Source: the human T2T-CHM13v2.0 reference genome, Homo sapiens
DNA length: 64,000 bases
NCBI GenBank assembly: GCA_009914755.4
Contig: CP068257.2
Span: 15,104,001 to 15,168,000, forward strand
Direction of reading: 5' to 3'
The position numbers and the translations under genes are program-made. Position 1 is the stretch's first letter, and the number at the start of each line of letters is the position of its first letter. Positions 49,001 to 63,390 of the stretch are shown here, piece after piece. The notes beneath the pieces are model-generated. The model saw only the letters and a list, made by a program, of their open reading frames with translations, was not told the DNA's origin and did not search any database.

Positions 49001-52000
49001 ACAGTCCTTAAGAAAGCCAAGAATATTTTCATACTTTTCATTGTTTACCAGAATGTCTGACGTAGAGGCCAGCCTGGTCTTGCTATAAGAGAAGACAAAG
49101 TATTTATTACTCCACTATTCATTGAGAAAAACAGCCTTGAGCCTTGAAATGCCCTTGGCTAAATCTAAATTGTACAATTCATTTTTCTTATGTTTGCATT
49201 TCTTAGAGCCAAGGTGTCTGCTTAATCTTTCTAATCACCAACTGGCTTTCTTGACATTATAGAAAATGTATTTTCTACATTTAAAAAAAAAAAAAAAAAA
49301 AAAAAGAAGAGGTACCACTCCTCAAATCATATAGCAGAAAGGAAGCCTTAAAAATACCTGTCATCAAAGTCACATAAAACCCTGACAGCTTCAACCTCCT
49401 TTTAGTATTTGCCAGTGTCAGCCTCATAAAAATGTGAAGGAAACCCATATTAATGTATCACGTTTACAAAATGGGCTTAATGGCCAATGCATTTTTGGAA
49501 GTAAATGGAAGAAGGAGAAAGAATATTAACCAAATTGCACTGGATGAGCACGAAAAAATCATAATGGATTAAAGAAGGAATAAAAATCAGAAATGTAACT
49601 TCTGGCAATGACTTTACTAAAAGGTTTCCTTTCCTCTTAGTATTGCTAAAGTCCTCTCATGAAAGCCAAATATATACTTTCATATAACCAAGATAATGAA
49701 ACTAGGCACCAAAGCAAATAAAAAATACTTCCTTAATTACTGGGCTTAACATTTCACATTGGCTCAGCCAAATCACCCTGGCTTTGGTACTATTTTACAT
49801 ACTGTTTTTAATGTAATCACCCACATTTCGTGAACCAATACACCCACTACTTGGAACTCCAAAGAAGGAATAATCACATAATGGTATCCATAATAAAAAT
49901 AATGGCTCATTTTTGCTAAGCATTTATTATAAGCCAGCCACTATCATATATACTTTACAGAGATTACCTCATTTAATGCTCACATTATGAGACTCTGAAT
50001 TAAATTATTCTCATTGTACAGATTAAGGAATTAAGGCACAAAGAAGCTATGTAGGCTCAAGTTTGCATAGCAAGAAGATGGCGGTACCAGGATAGAAGAT
50101 CCGTTTTTTACATTAGTGTCCCTTGCTGTGGCAATTTGGTTGGATGCCCGCTCTCCACTTGGGCCTGTGTTCTCCTCTTACCCAGAGTATTTCTGTGAGT
50201 TTGGGCTGCAACTTTTCTACCTAATCCTTACTTTTTATGTGGCAGATGCTTCTGGTTACCTTCTTTCTGGATCTCTTGTTCTCATCCAGATCCCTTTTTA
50301 TATTTATGTTTGCATTAAACTCTAATATTGTAGCTTGAAGCAACCAAGAGACTCATCTGTGTATCCTAAGTTTTATTTCTTCTCTTGACATTCTCTGATG
50401 GTATCATCGTGCCTAGGTAGATATCTAATCCTGAGCAATATCTTCTACTACTTCCCACCTTGCTTTTTTGGTTTATGTACCTTGGATATGGGACCATTTG
50501 AATTTGCATGTACTATGGTTTGCACCTAGGGAATTGGTACCTAAAAAAAATCTCACTGCCCCCCATCCCACATACAGACTCACAAATGGATACTCTGCCT
50601 CTCAATGATTTTTATCCATGCAGAATAAAATTGTGCAGAATAACCTGACATGTACCATGCTAGTAAACATAAACTTCCTGAGAGAATAAATTCTGAGCAT
50701 CTTGACAGCAAAGACGGAATGTTGCTCATTTTTATACTTGCATCTCAAGTAAATAACTAGTGCTGTTCATTATATACAGATCTCAATAACCAATTAGAAA
50801 TTAAATGAGATCATATGCCGAGAAACTAGCATTATAATTTGCATTAATGAGTATACTAGTCAGGCTATGCTAGGCTGTACTGCACTAACAAGCACACCCA
50901 AATCTCAGCAGCTTTTCAAAACACAAGTTTATTTTTCATTCTCCTTGTCTGTGCCTTGAAGGTTAGCATGCAGACTCTGCTTATCATAGTCATTCATGCT
51001 CCAGGTGATTAAATCTCCATCTCAACACATGTTCTCATGTGGCTGAGACCAAAACAAAACAAAAAAAAGAAATAAAACAAATATCTTGTTTAACTTTCTG
51101 TCCAGAAATGACCGATATTATCTTCATTCACCTATTATTGGGCAAAGTAAAACAATATGGCCATTCCTAACTACTAAAAGGGCAGGTACATGCAATCTTT
51201 CTGTTGACTGGGAAGAAGAAATGAACAAGAATATCTGGGAACAGCCCAAATGACTATGGTAAGGAACATGCCGTTTATGCCTTTTCTCCAGAGTAATTCC
51301 TTATATTAGTGCATATGTGCTCAGTTTATCATCTTAGCCCAGAAATTGTGTGGCAAGCAGTAAGGAGAGAAAAGGCAGTAATAGGGGGGCAGATATCAAG
51401 GATATATCAAGTTCAAGCAGAGTGGCACCGTCATAGAGGAGGAGAGGAGAGAGAGGACCACAAAAAGCAGTCAACCCCAGTCAGTTTTATTCAGGGGGAA
51501 AGAACCTAGACTCTGTGGCAATAATTTTAAGGAAAGTAGGATATTGGTCACACTTCATTGCATAAAATGTGGAAAGATGTTATCAGTGTATCCAGGAAGT
51601 AATGTGCCCTACCCAATACATCCCAGAGAGAAACAAGAATACATTGTCTAATTTCCATTTCCTTTTTGACACATCTGTGAACTTTATGAGGTCAAGTGCC
51701 CTGTTTGTGTCTAACCTAAAACCTCTTGATGTGTGTATGTCAAAAAAGGCCAACAGTGTACCTGCAAAAATAATAATCTTGTGTATGAATTATATGTTCT
51801 GGATGAATCCAAACAAAAAATTTCACTCATAAAACCTCCCAGTAATGAATACAAGCTGTACTGACTTAAACAAAGTGTGGATAGGATGCAGTATGTTCAA
51901 ATTTAACAGTAGGAAAATCACTTAACTGAAGATCACATTCCTACCTAGTGCCATGATTCATTCACACATGGTGTGGAGAGTCACTGGTTCCAAGATGATC

Positions 52001-55000
52001 TTCCCGAACAGTGAGCGTATTACAAGAATTACAAAGGGTAGGAGATAGGTCCTTCTTTCCTCTATTAGTACTATCTTTAAAAAGTAATTACAAAGCATTG
52101 CAGATATTCTAGAATGGGGAAAAAAGTAAGTCTATGCTTACTTTTATACAGTCATTCTTAGTTACTTGATTTTTCTATAGAATGAAATCTTTTCTGTTTT
52201 CCTTGTAGCTTCATATATAATTTCTGAGATAGATAATGGGAAATTTAAATACTCTAGTAATTATCTCCACATATCACAACTTCTGCCAAAAGGATTACCA
52301 CATCCTTTATCCTGCCTTACAGGGTGTATCTCTATTGTGATTACACCTGGACATTCAGGCATAACTGATCATTGTGGGGATTATTAATGAGACAAAACTG
52401 AAAAACATCTATTTGCATGGAGAGTGAGAATCCTCTGAGGAGAGACCTACTCTTGAGGTAACAGGAACTTTGGAATCCTGAGTCTGAGCTAGTTATAAGA
52501 ACTTAGTTGTCAGAAGGGAATAGAGATTCTTAGTACCATACAATGGCTCGTGTATAAGTCTGATGCTGGGATACACACTTGCATGCATATCTATATACCA
52601 GAGAGAGAAGCCTTGAAGTATAGCTTAAGGCTTCCTCACAGTGTAATGTTAAAGTATATTTTTAGGCTTCTCTCTTCCTAGCATAAGGGGCAGGTTTACG
52701 GAACTCTGTCACACACCAGTGCCCAAGAAACTATGCTCAGATCTCACAAAGAAGAGAGGAATTTTCTCTAACTCCTTCATGATCTCCACAGGCTTTGAGA
52801 TCCCATGGGCTCAAGAAACAAATGAAAGAGAACATCTCTGCCCAGCCATAGAAGAAACTACCAGACTCTGAAGTGGAACCACTTATACCAGTGCATCTAC
52901 ACCAAAAGGTGGAATGAGAGTGGCTGCTTTTCTGGCAGCGTGGAGACGAACATTAGAAAGAAGATGCTGGATTTGGGTAGCATGAAGCAGTGACCGTGTG
53001 CCCCACACCCAGTGAGCAGCAAGAACCCCCTCTAGGACTGGTGGAGCTGGAACCATCATTAAAGGATAAACTGCTCATCTCAAACCAGAGGCAATTAAGT
53101 GACAGAGGGTTCTCGATCCGACGACTCTCAGCTTTTGACAGTGGCCATAGCAATAAAAACAGCTATGCCATGCAGAATTGTCTTTGGCATTGTCAGTCAT
53201 GTGTCTACACTTGTACCTACTGCTGAACATTTGACAGACCCTCGGAGACTAACATATATGAGTCTAGAGTCTTTGCAGGAAACTAAAGTACATGTGTTAT
53301 CAGTAGATGATAGTAATGATCTTTCTTATTTACTGAAGCCTGTATATGACCTCATATATATTCATAAATTGCTGAGATTATGAAAGTTCAGATTTCATAG
53401 TGTCACTATTTTCAAGCTTATAAGAAATTTTATATTACATTATGCTTCATATTTGTTAATGGCAGTTCAAGGAGCAATTCGGTGCAATCATAGTTGTTTG
53501 TAGAGAATCCCGGAGGATGGAAAACTTTAAGAAAGGTCATATTTTGAAACTAATCTCAAACATGTTATATGGATCCTTCTCATTTTAAGTCACAAAGAGC
53601 AATCTTTCCTTAAATAATAAATTTTGTGATTTCTGTGATCTGTTTCAGTGATCATTTGTCCTAATAATTTATCTTATTAAATCTTGAGAATCTTTTGAAA
53701 ATATAATTACTTTAATTTTCTAAGAATCTGCCAGATAGTGGTTCTTGAACTTTCTTTGTTCTTTTTCTTTAAGAGTCTGTGTGTGTACTTCACTCTCAGC
53801 AGTAAAATTTCTTTAAAAAAGCTACAAATCCAAATATGGTGGGAAAATAATCTCTGAATTTCTTGTGAAGTGACAGTTTTTGGAAATAAACCCTCCCTAC
53901 AGCATAAAATTATTTCCTCATGATGTTGCGCATACTAGGAGCTCAATAAACATTTGTTGAATGGTGGAATCATATTTTTATGAATGTAGTTTGGGACTAA
54001 ATTTATATATCACCTGATATGCATCACTAAGTGATACATAAATTGCCTTCATGTTCCTCAATTGATAAATTTAGTCCCTAAAACCAAGAAAAGGTATGAA
54101 CGCCACTGTATCCTTAAGGCTTTTAATTCTAATGTGTATTCTTTTATCTGAAAAAGAATTCCTGCTTATACAGAGCTGGAAATTTGCCTCTCTGAAACAT
54201 TACATTATTAGGTTTAGTGAGTTTCTATAAAGCATTACAGAGAAAGCCTGCCACACAACCTATATAAGATAACTTCAAATATTTCAACACAGCCATTGTG
54301 TGCCCTCTTAGGAGTCTCTTTTCAGTGTAACATTGGTTTCTTTTTCAATCATTCTTTCCACACATTTGACCATTTATTTAAGCCATTCTTTCCTCCATTG
54401 TATCTAATTTGTCATGACCTTCTTGAATTATGATTCTCAGAATTGAATACAGAGTTATAAATATAAACTCATCAGCATTCATTGTTCAAACCTTCAATAA
54501 TATTTAATGTACGCCCACTATAATCCAGCTAGTGTAGTGAGCACTAGTGGTTAAACAAGAAAGACATAGTCTTTACTTGCCTTAGGAAGCTTGGAGTCAA
54601 AGATGATGCCAAGATTGTAGTGGAGATAACCATATTAATACTAAATTATAAGTTTAGTAAGATTACAATTACAATAGATGGATCAAATGTTTATCTATGG
54701 GCATCACAATTATATTATGAAAATCAAATATCATGTTTGCATTTTTAACATCACATTAAAATTTTTATTAAAATAAATGTAGCGATCATCTCTGTTTTCA
54801 TATATTTGGCTAATAAAGCCATTCAGAAAATTAGGCACACTTGACATTGATTTTCTCAGAATGAAGAAAAGAAGAAAATACAGAAAAGCAAAAGTCTGAG
54901 TTAAAAAATGATATAAAAGCTCTGGAGTGCTGATAAATTGTAGCTTGCAAAAAGAAAGGATATGCTTAAACAAAGATCCAAAAGTCCAGAAAACATATAC

Positions 55001-56049
55001 TTAAAAAACAAAAAAAATTATTTTTCTTTAAAACAATATTTTTACAGTAGACAGAATACTAAAATAAAAATTAGAAGACCGAATATGAATTCAGGTTGTT
55101 TAAAGCAAATCAGTTATTCTCCTTTAGGCTTAATATCTTTATCAGAAATATGGAGTTTAAAATTTTCCTTCTTCCCTACCTATCATAAGTTATAATTTAT
55201 TTGATGGTATTTTGAGAATACTGTGATAAAATAATAATGCTTTGTAAAGAATAAACCACAATGTAAAGATACCTACTTATTTTTACAGAAGAAGGAGCAA
55301 AATTATGGTTACAGTTAAGATAAAATAACAGTTGTTGGACTTACTCTCTTACCATATAAAGCTGTAAAATGATGCTATCATACACAGATAGTTCAGAGCT
55401 CTGATCCTTTAAAAAGGAAAATATGAGTTCCACATTTGCCTCAGTTTCTTCTCTGGTGACACTCTCCAAACTGAGCCATAGAGAAGTGGAGACAGATACA
55501 AAGCAATAGAATTACTGGGTAGACAAACAGAGATCTGTAGGATTTGGGGCTGCTGAGGTGGCTAAAATTTACGGGACAGAATTTTGGAGAGGAGAGACAT
55601 ATAACATACTGAGAAGGAAGCCCATAAATCTGCATGTGGTCTATCTTGATTCTTTTATGAAATATTAAGCTTCATTTGCACAGGCTGAGACATCATAATG
55701 GTTTCTGAAAGAGATCTGAATGGAAGTTAAATGAAAATTCTAGAGACTCCTTAGGGCTAAGAAGACTGAACCTCCCTAAAAACCATCAACTTCTATTTCA
55801 GACTTCAGAAAGACCAAGTTTTAGGATGAGCAGTATTTTAGACATACTCAAGTCTTGACACCAGCAAGCTGATCTGTGTGTAATCACTTATCAGAACAAT
55901 GAATAATATTCTTTAAAGAAGTTTACAAATTCAGATTTCAGCAATGTAGCATCCACAGTGTTGAGCATACAATCAAAAGTACAATGTTTGTAAATAAATA
56001 GAGAAAAATGTAGAATAAACAGTCAATAGACATAGACACAGAGATGACA

Positions 56050-57290
56050 CATAGAAGACGTGAATATCAGCATTATGACACAAGGTTCTTCATATAGTTA
56101 TGATAAATATACTCAAGAAATTCAAGGACAAACTGGATATAATAAATAAACAGATGAAAAAAGGATGTTCTAAAACTGAAAAATACAATATCTGAAATGA
56201 AAAGGGAATCAGAGATTGGGCACCACTGAAGAAAAGTTCAGGAAACTGAAGACAGACCATAAAACTATCCAAACACAAGCACTAACTGTAAAAGAATGCA
56301 AACCCAAAAAGCATCATTCATGTGTAAAGTACTTTAAAATACTTTAATACTCATCCCATAGATCCAGTAATCTCAAAGAATTAGGATAAACACAGAAAAG
56401 AACATGTGGGGCATGTCACTGTCAAATGGCAACAACCCAAAAATAAAGAGAAAAGTCCTAAAAGCACTTAGATTAAAAAGATACATTATATACAGGAAAA
56501 ATGTAACAAATGGCTTCACTTGCAGAAGGTGATAAAACAACATTTTAAATAGCTGAGATAAAATGTCAATGTAGAATTCAATGCATTGCAAAAATAATCC
56601 TTCAAAAATAAAGAGAAGATAAAAATATTTTTGTTAAACAAAGCTTGACAGAATTTGTCACCCACAGACTTAAAGCTCAATCAATAATAAAGTTCTTTAG
56701 GAGAAATAGGTGCCACTTAGGAATTCGAATGTATTTGAAGAAATAATGAATAGGAATGGTTAACATGTAATTAAATATAAAATATGCTTTTATCCTTCTT
56801 AATTTAAAAAAATGACTTTAACGCAAATAGTAATAACAATGCCTGTTGAGGTTTATAACATATTTAGAAGTAACTAATATGATAAAGTAACACAAAATAG
56901 AAAAGAAGTGATGAGAAATATATTGTCATTAGATTCTTATATTATATAAGAAGTGACAGAATATAGTTTTGAAGTAGATAGTGATAAGGTAAAGATGTAT
57001 ACTATGACCCTTAGAACAACAATTAAAATTAAAATAATAAATAAAGGATATGTATTTAATTAGATAATATATGAGATAAAGTGGATTTCTAAAGCCACAT
57101 GAATAATACAACAGAATGCAATTTATTTAATGAGTCAGTACACCCTTGATACCAAATGGTGGGAAAAAAGAAGAAATAAATAGCAAATGGTATTACTACT
57201 ATAGAAAACAAATAACAGGATTAAAGACTTAAACCCAATGATAATTAATAATTATATTAACGCAAATGCAAATACTATATACTATGTATA
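56050..57290 (+). mobile_element. Ancient L1 (L1M grade): end of ORF1 and start of ORF2
   Basis: …ctgaaaaatacaatatctgaaatgaaaagg… resembles ORF1 …LKNTISEMKN…. …aaagacttaaacccaatgataattaataattatattaacgcaaatg… resembles ORF2 start (…ITLNVNGLN…). Highly diverged; called by eye. Confidence 0.45.
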
Positions 57291-59366
57291 TACTATATAC
57301 ATTTCAATTAACAGATCGATAACATGCAACCTGCCAAAAATAGAGAACAAACCCTCAGCCCCCAATATGGCACCATTTCACTAGGAGACTGAACAGACGC
57401 TCAACAGCAATTTGACCACATTAGACCCCTTCACTCTGAAAGGGACGGTGATTAATCTTGACTCAAACTGACATATATTCTGTAGATAGTGTTGCCTTTT
57501 CTGCTTCACAAGACCTCAGCCAGCACCAACATCTAAGAGTTTAGTGTTAGATTTATAAGCACAAAAATTGCATGAAACCAAGGGATTTATTTTATAGCAA
57601 CACGTATGGCAATTAGCACACAACAATGGGATCCACTGGTCCTAATAATGCAGGCACCACCACTCAGAATCTGTCAGACTGACCTTCCAGTAAGGTGGCG
57701 TGCTGAAGTTGCAGCTGAGGTACCAGCTCAGATATGATACTATGTGAGGATGAGTATCATGCTCAAGGATGAAATATATACTCTTAGTTTGCAACTAATA
57801 TATGGTGTTATGTCTTCAACTGAGAGAAATCATGGATCCAGAAACCAAAATGTGAATGTAAAAGTGGTCTTGGTTACTATCATTTTTTTAAATCCATATT
57901 CATGGTGCCTTCAACACTGCACTCTGAAAAGGTCTTTGTAAATCCTAGTTATCCAAATGGTTAACATTTCCAATTAATGACCCAAAAAGAGTCTCAACAG
58001 ATTTTATTCTTTGGCTATTGCCTGTGCACTCTGAACTTCAGCAAAGAAACTAGCAGAAACACAGAAGATTCAATGACCTGAAGTGGGTAATTGTCCCTGA
58101 TTATCACAGAGATAGTGCTGCTGTTACAAAATTGAGGAATAAGTTTGGCACTCAGATGACACACTTGAACATTTTTTCTGCCTCCTTTGCACATTACCTG
58201 TTAGTGGAGTGTAGCAGCCACATCTTAAGAAGGTCATGATGATCAGGTCTTCAGCTATCTGAGATATGAGGTTCTTGGTCTTACCCTAGGTAAACCTCCT
58301 AAATGAGCAGAGTTGCTATCCAATTGTGAATGGACTCTTGAATGGCTAATAGACAGTAGAGATAATGAGTATCCTTTGTGGCCAAGAGAACAGCTTCAGT
58401 GGTAGAGGCTATAGTTCATCCCACTAAAATTCATTTTACAAATTTCCCCTGGGAAATAAGGCCCACCAGAGTCCTGATGGATTTTTTCAAGAAATCCTAT
58501 GAAGTAAGTGGACCCAAGAGGCACAAATAATGAAATATAGTGGATGGAGTCCTGTGCATCCTAGTACTCCAGCACCCTAGCCCTCTAGTTCTGAAAGAAT
58601 TATTCTCCTAACTGCTGGAAGGGGTGTTGGCAGATAGGTTTCATATATGAGCTCTCTCTGCCAATTACTCTCAGCTAAAGAGAGTCATTTCACGTAAGGC
58701 TATATCTTCTCTCAGTACAGTCTGAAACCAACCACTACTTAATACAGAGTCATAACAGTCCAGTTTCTTTGCTTCGATTCAGCATCTTAAAGGGTAATTC
58801 TGGATTTTGATATTCTTATCAGATAAACTGACACATTTGTTGTGACTGCATTTTATCACAACTTCTCCTAACTAAACCCACTACCAACACTTTCATGGTA
58901 GGTAGATAGTTATCCCAAGAGAGAACTCTGCAATAAATTTTCTGAAAGCCAATGTGTCTCAGAATCTAACCTGTAATGCCAACACATGAAAACCACAAAA
59001 TCTTTGCTGAAAATAAATTAAAGAATACCTAAATAAGTTGGAAAATATATTCCTAAAGCACAAGGCACAAAATTGCTAAGATGTCAAATATACCCCAAAG
59101 TGTCCTTTGTATTCAATACAAGCCCATTAAAATTTTATAGTTGTTTTTGTGGAATTTGACAAAGATGTTAAATTGTATATGGAAATAATAAGTATGTAGA
59201 TGATTCTCAAAAGCAATCTTTATGAAGACAAATTTGGAGTATTTACAATACTTGCCTTTAAGACATAGAACAAGGTACATTAAGACAATTTAGACTGCTG
59301 GAAAGAAAAATGAATATATTTAATAAACCCAAAGAGTTTTCTTAGAAATATACCCAAAATGTACAA

Positions 59367-59476
59367 TTAATTAATCTTTTAAAAGAACTCCAAAAAATAA
59401 TATTTTAATTAATCTTTTAAAAGAACACCAAAGAATTAATCTTTTAATTAATTGATCTTTTAAAAGAACACCAAAT
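59367..59476. repeat. ~41-bp tandem repeat, 3 copies (aatt[a/g]atcttttaaaagaac[t/a]ccaaa)
   Basis: Copies at 59367-59392, 59407-59432 and 59449-59474, read directly. Confidence 0.6.
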
Positions 59477-59479
59477 TAC

Positions 59480-60052
59480 ATTTAGTTAGAAATGAAAATC
59501 TTTCCACCAAATGGTGCCAAAATAGGCAAACACAAACATTCATATGGACAAAAGTTGAACACTGACCCCTCCACCAGTACTTTTTCACACAAAAACGTTA
59601 ATTCAAAGTAGGTCCTATATCTAAATGTACACACCAAAATCATAAGGCTTATACAAGAAATCATTAGATAATATCTCCAAGCTCTTTAAGTCTATTAGAT
59701 AGAACAGAAAATCTGTGGACCATGAAAACAACTAATAAATATGATCCCATCAAAAATTTAAGAAGCTCCTTCTCCAAAAACATCTGCTCTTTAAACAGTG
59801 AAAAGGCAAAGCCACAGCCTGCAGAAAATATTCAGAACATTTCTATCTGGCAAAGGACTTGTACCCAGGATATATAAAGACCTCTTACAACTCAGTGAGA
59901 ACAACACAAGAACCAAAATTACTTAGATGGGCATAAGACTTGAATAGAAACCTCACAATGAAGATAAGGAAGATATACGAAGGCAAACAAGCATAAGAAA
60001 AGGTATTATGTGTCATTAATCATCAAAGAAATGCAAATCAAACCACAGTGAA
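59480..60052 (+). mobile_element. Ancient L1 ORF2 C-terminal region
   Basis: …tataaagacctcttacaactcagtgagaacaacacaagaaccaaaattacttagatgggcataagacttgaatagaaacctcac…catcaaagaaatgcaaatcaaaccacagtgaaat translates to …IYKDLLQLSENNTRTKIT.MGIRLE.KPH…IKEMQIKPQ.N, which parallels L1 ORF2p …[60 protein letters not shown]. Confidence 0.6.
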
Positions 60053-60451
60053 ATGTTTGACAACCTGAAATATAGGCTATTTGGAGTGCTATGGCTTGAA
60101 TGTTTGTGTCTCCCCAAAATTTGTATTTTGAAACGTAATTATCAATGTGATTGTGTGAGGAGGTAGTGCCTTTAAGAGGTGATTTGGTCATGATGGCAGA
60201 ACCCCCGTGAATGGGATTAATTCCCTGATTAAGAAGACTCCAGGAATCTCCTTTGCCCCTTCCACCATGGGAGGACACAGCTAGATGATGCCGTCTATGA
60301 ACCAGAAAGCAAGCTCTCATCAAACACTGAATCTGCTGAACCCTTGATCTTGGACCTGCCAGCCTCTAGAACTTTGAGAAATAAATTTCTGTTTTTTAAT
60401 AAGCCACCTGATCTAAGGTATTTTGTTATAGCAGCCTAAATTGACTAAGAC
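60053..60451 (-). mobile_element. Solo ERVL-MaLR LTR (THE1/MST/MLT-like) inserted into the ancient L1; TG…CA termini
   Basis: tgtgtctccccaaaatttgtattttgaaacgtaattatcaatgtgattgtgtgaggaggtagtgcctttaagaggtgatttggtcatgatggcagaacccc…ccaccatgggaggacacagctagatg…cttgatcttggacctgccagcctctagaactttgagaaataaatttctgttttttaataagccacctgatctaaggtattttgttatagcagcctaaattgactaagaca: the stereotyped MaLR LTR text. Confidence 0.6.
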
Positions 60452-61030
60452 ATGGAACAACCATAATTTTTATACATGGCAGGTAGAACACTGGCAATTT
60501 CTTATAAAATTAAACCTCCACTGGCCCTATAATTTGTGGTTCCATTCTTTGGTATTTAATGAAGTAAATAAAAACATATATCAACTAAAAGTTTCTAGAA
60601 GAATATTTGTAGGACCCTTATTCTTTGTAGCTCAAAGCTCAAAACAACACAGATGTTCCTCAACAGAAAAATGAATAAACAAATATTTGTGTAATGGAAT
60701 ATTACTCAGTAACAAAAAGAATGAACTATGATACATGCAAGAACTTAGATAATTCCAAAAATATTTTATTTATATTAATTTCTAGAACAGAACAAATTCA
60801 TCATTATAAGAATCAGGTAACAATCGCCTCTGAGGAATTAATTGACTGGGAAGTGAAGGGAAGAACATTTCTGGGTTGATAGAAATGTTCTATCTTGATA
60901 GGAATGTGGATAACACAGTTGTATGTATTTGTAATACACTCTAGAAATATATACATTTGTCTTATCATACACAATGCACTATAGATTAGTGGATTACTGT
61001 ATTCCACTGTATAAAATTTTTACCTCAAAA
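60452..61030 (+). mobile_element. Ancient L1 ORF2 end and 3'UTR, continuing after the LTR insertion
   Basis: …gtagaacactggcaatttcttataaaattaaacctccactggccctataatttgtggttccattctttggtat… translates to VEHWQFLIKLNLHWPYNLWFHSL, which parallels …[25 protein letters not shown]…. The 3' end is …tacctcaaaaaataa. Confidence 0.55.
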
Positions 61031-63342
61031 AATAAGTAGAATTATATATCAGGAAGCTACTAACAGGCAGCACATGGCAGAATTTCTGGGAGGTCAGAAG
61101 CAAATTACAAATTGGTTGTTTGTAGTGACTACACAACTCAGTTTTGTCTTCTCTTCCTCCTTATAGAATGTTTCTCTTTTTCTTGTCAGTTAGCAGATAA
61201 ATATTTAATGAGCGTCCATTATATTCTAGGCACCATAATCTCAGTTTCTCTACATCTGACATGTCATGGCAGCTAGCTAGCTAGTTAGTTAAGTTATAAA
61301 TTTGAAATTAATGTTCCCTTTTCTTTATAATTTTTAAGAATGTGGGAAAAATTGATATAAAAAAACAGCTGTTGGAAAATTTTCTGTCAGTGATGAACTG
61401 GTGGTGGGGAAAGTTTTTGTTTGGGAAATTCTTAGTCCTCATGAAAAAATTGAAGGTTTGTATTCTTCAAGTTGAATCTTTTCCAACTCTCAAAGAGTTT
61501 CATGGAAATACACACACACTAAAAGGACAAATTCAGGGTAGAGTTTTACTTTACTGTATCTTGTAGATCATGCCTTGCTGGCTGTTTAAGCATCATCTGA
61601 AGAGTTTGATAAATATGCAGATTTTTGAGTCCTAATTTTGGAAATTCTATTTTAGCAAAGCTATACAGCCAGGTTCTTAAAATATCATTATAGACAACCG
61701 GGTTCTAGAAATACATACACAAAAACTCTATGAGGAAGAGACAGTATATACGAGGGATCATCATAGGCAAAATGAAAAAAAAAAAAGATGGCTGTATGAG
61801 TGATTCCCCTTACACCTCCCTCTTGGTTCTAATTTTGTCTTCACCACAGCCTCCAGGGGCACAGAGTTGGCTCTGTGTTACAAGACCCAGAAATAAGCAA
61901 AACCCCTTTCCCACCTTGCAAGCGGCAAGTTATTTTCAAATTTTAGCTTTTTCTTTGCTAAGAACCCAGGAGAAAGTAAAAGAAAATGCAAAATTAGAAA
62001 AGGCTTAGCCTAATAAAATACAGATTTCTGAGCCAAACATAGTCAAATTGAAACCATAAGTTAGCTGGTCCAATTTACTGACATTCAGGTCAGTTTGCTC
62101 AACTTCCTCCAACACATTCTACTGATTAGAGATTCATCTGGGTTTAGGGGTAAAAAACCAAAAACCTCCATTTAAACTTATAAATTACTTCTCAGGAAGG
62201 TTAAGTTGATCATAAATTTTAGTCAGATAATCTTATGTTTTTTTGTTTTGGTTTGGTTTTTGTTTCTATCTAATACAAAGCTACAAAAATGATGGACATT
62301 TAAGGGATGGGAGAAGAACTGAAATTACAATTTTTGAGCAAGAAACATAGGGAAACAAGTCAGCATCTGAACTTTTAGCAGCTCCTTGCATGCGCATGCT
62401 GCAGGCCCCAAGTGCCCTTCACAAATCAATCAATCCTTCTTTTATCACTCAGAGTTTCTCTCTAGGTCCCCACCTTCAGAAACTATCCCTCTATTCTCCT
62501 GGCTTTTTTCTTCTCTTTGCGTGGTCCCCTCTGAACCTTGACTCAATTGGCCAATCCTTGACTTGGCCATACCTTACTCTTCTGTAGGTTCCCTCCCATT
62601 TGATTGTCTTCAATCCCTACACTCTGGCTTCTTCCCTCATCTTGATCTAGACTCAAAAACACTGCCCCTATGCTCCGGGGCTCCTTCTTCTCTGAAAGTT
62701 GACATCAAATGCATGAGGGGATAAATGTAGAATTCAATGCCCTGATATGGTCAGAAGCCCTATCAGGGCATTGAGAATAGATAAATATTATTTATCTGTT
62801 TACACATTTTCACACAATTTTGGCCCTATGCTATGGACTTCTCACTCTACAGTCTAGGTTCAGCACTATCTCTTTCATTCTCTTATTTTTTCTTGAAAAT
62901 GAATATCATGACCTATGACTCCCAATAGCTATCTTCCTATTGCTGATAGAATTATTTGCTGACAAATTATTTGGATGACTTTACATCCAAAGCATATGTT
63001 TTCTTTTTCCAGCCTCTTACACATTGCCATCTGGTGTCTGTTCCTGCCTTATCTCCATCTACATGATCTCTTAGACCTCTTTGATGCATTAAAAAATATA
63101 AAGCCTGCTTTATTAAAGACCATGAAACCCTTTCAGTAAACTTACCTCCTTCCTAGTTTGCTTAAACCAAGTGGAGCAGGATTATATTATGAAGAAAAGT
63201 AGTACCAGTAAGACTAGGTACAAATTGGAAAGCAGCTGCCCTCCCAATTCAAGGTAACATACTTTTATTGTGGCCTTTCTGTGTCCCAGAGATTTTGTTT
63301 AAATGCTAGATAAACAAGTTAGGGGAAAAAGATAAATTGTTG

Positions 63343-63390
63343 AATTCTTGAATGATTGAGAAATTCTTGAATGATTGAGAATTTCTTGAA
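63343..63390. repeat. 19-bp tandem repeat, ~2.5 copies (aattcttgaatgattgaga)
   Basis: attcttgaatgattgaga aattcttgaatgattgaga atttcttgaa, read directly. Confidence 0.6.

Noticed and set aside
57480-57650. Minus-strand translation …NTKLLDVGAG*, reminiscent of a retroviral aspartic protease LLDTGA box
   Set aside because: The motif is DVGA rather than the canonical DTGA/DSGA, it is followed immediately by a stop, and there is no surrounding protease, RT or integrase similarity. This is most likely a chance match, so I did not call an ERV internal region.
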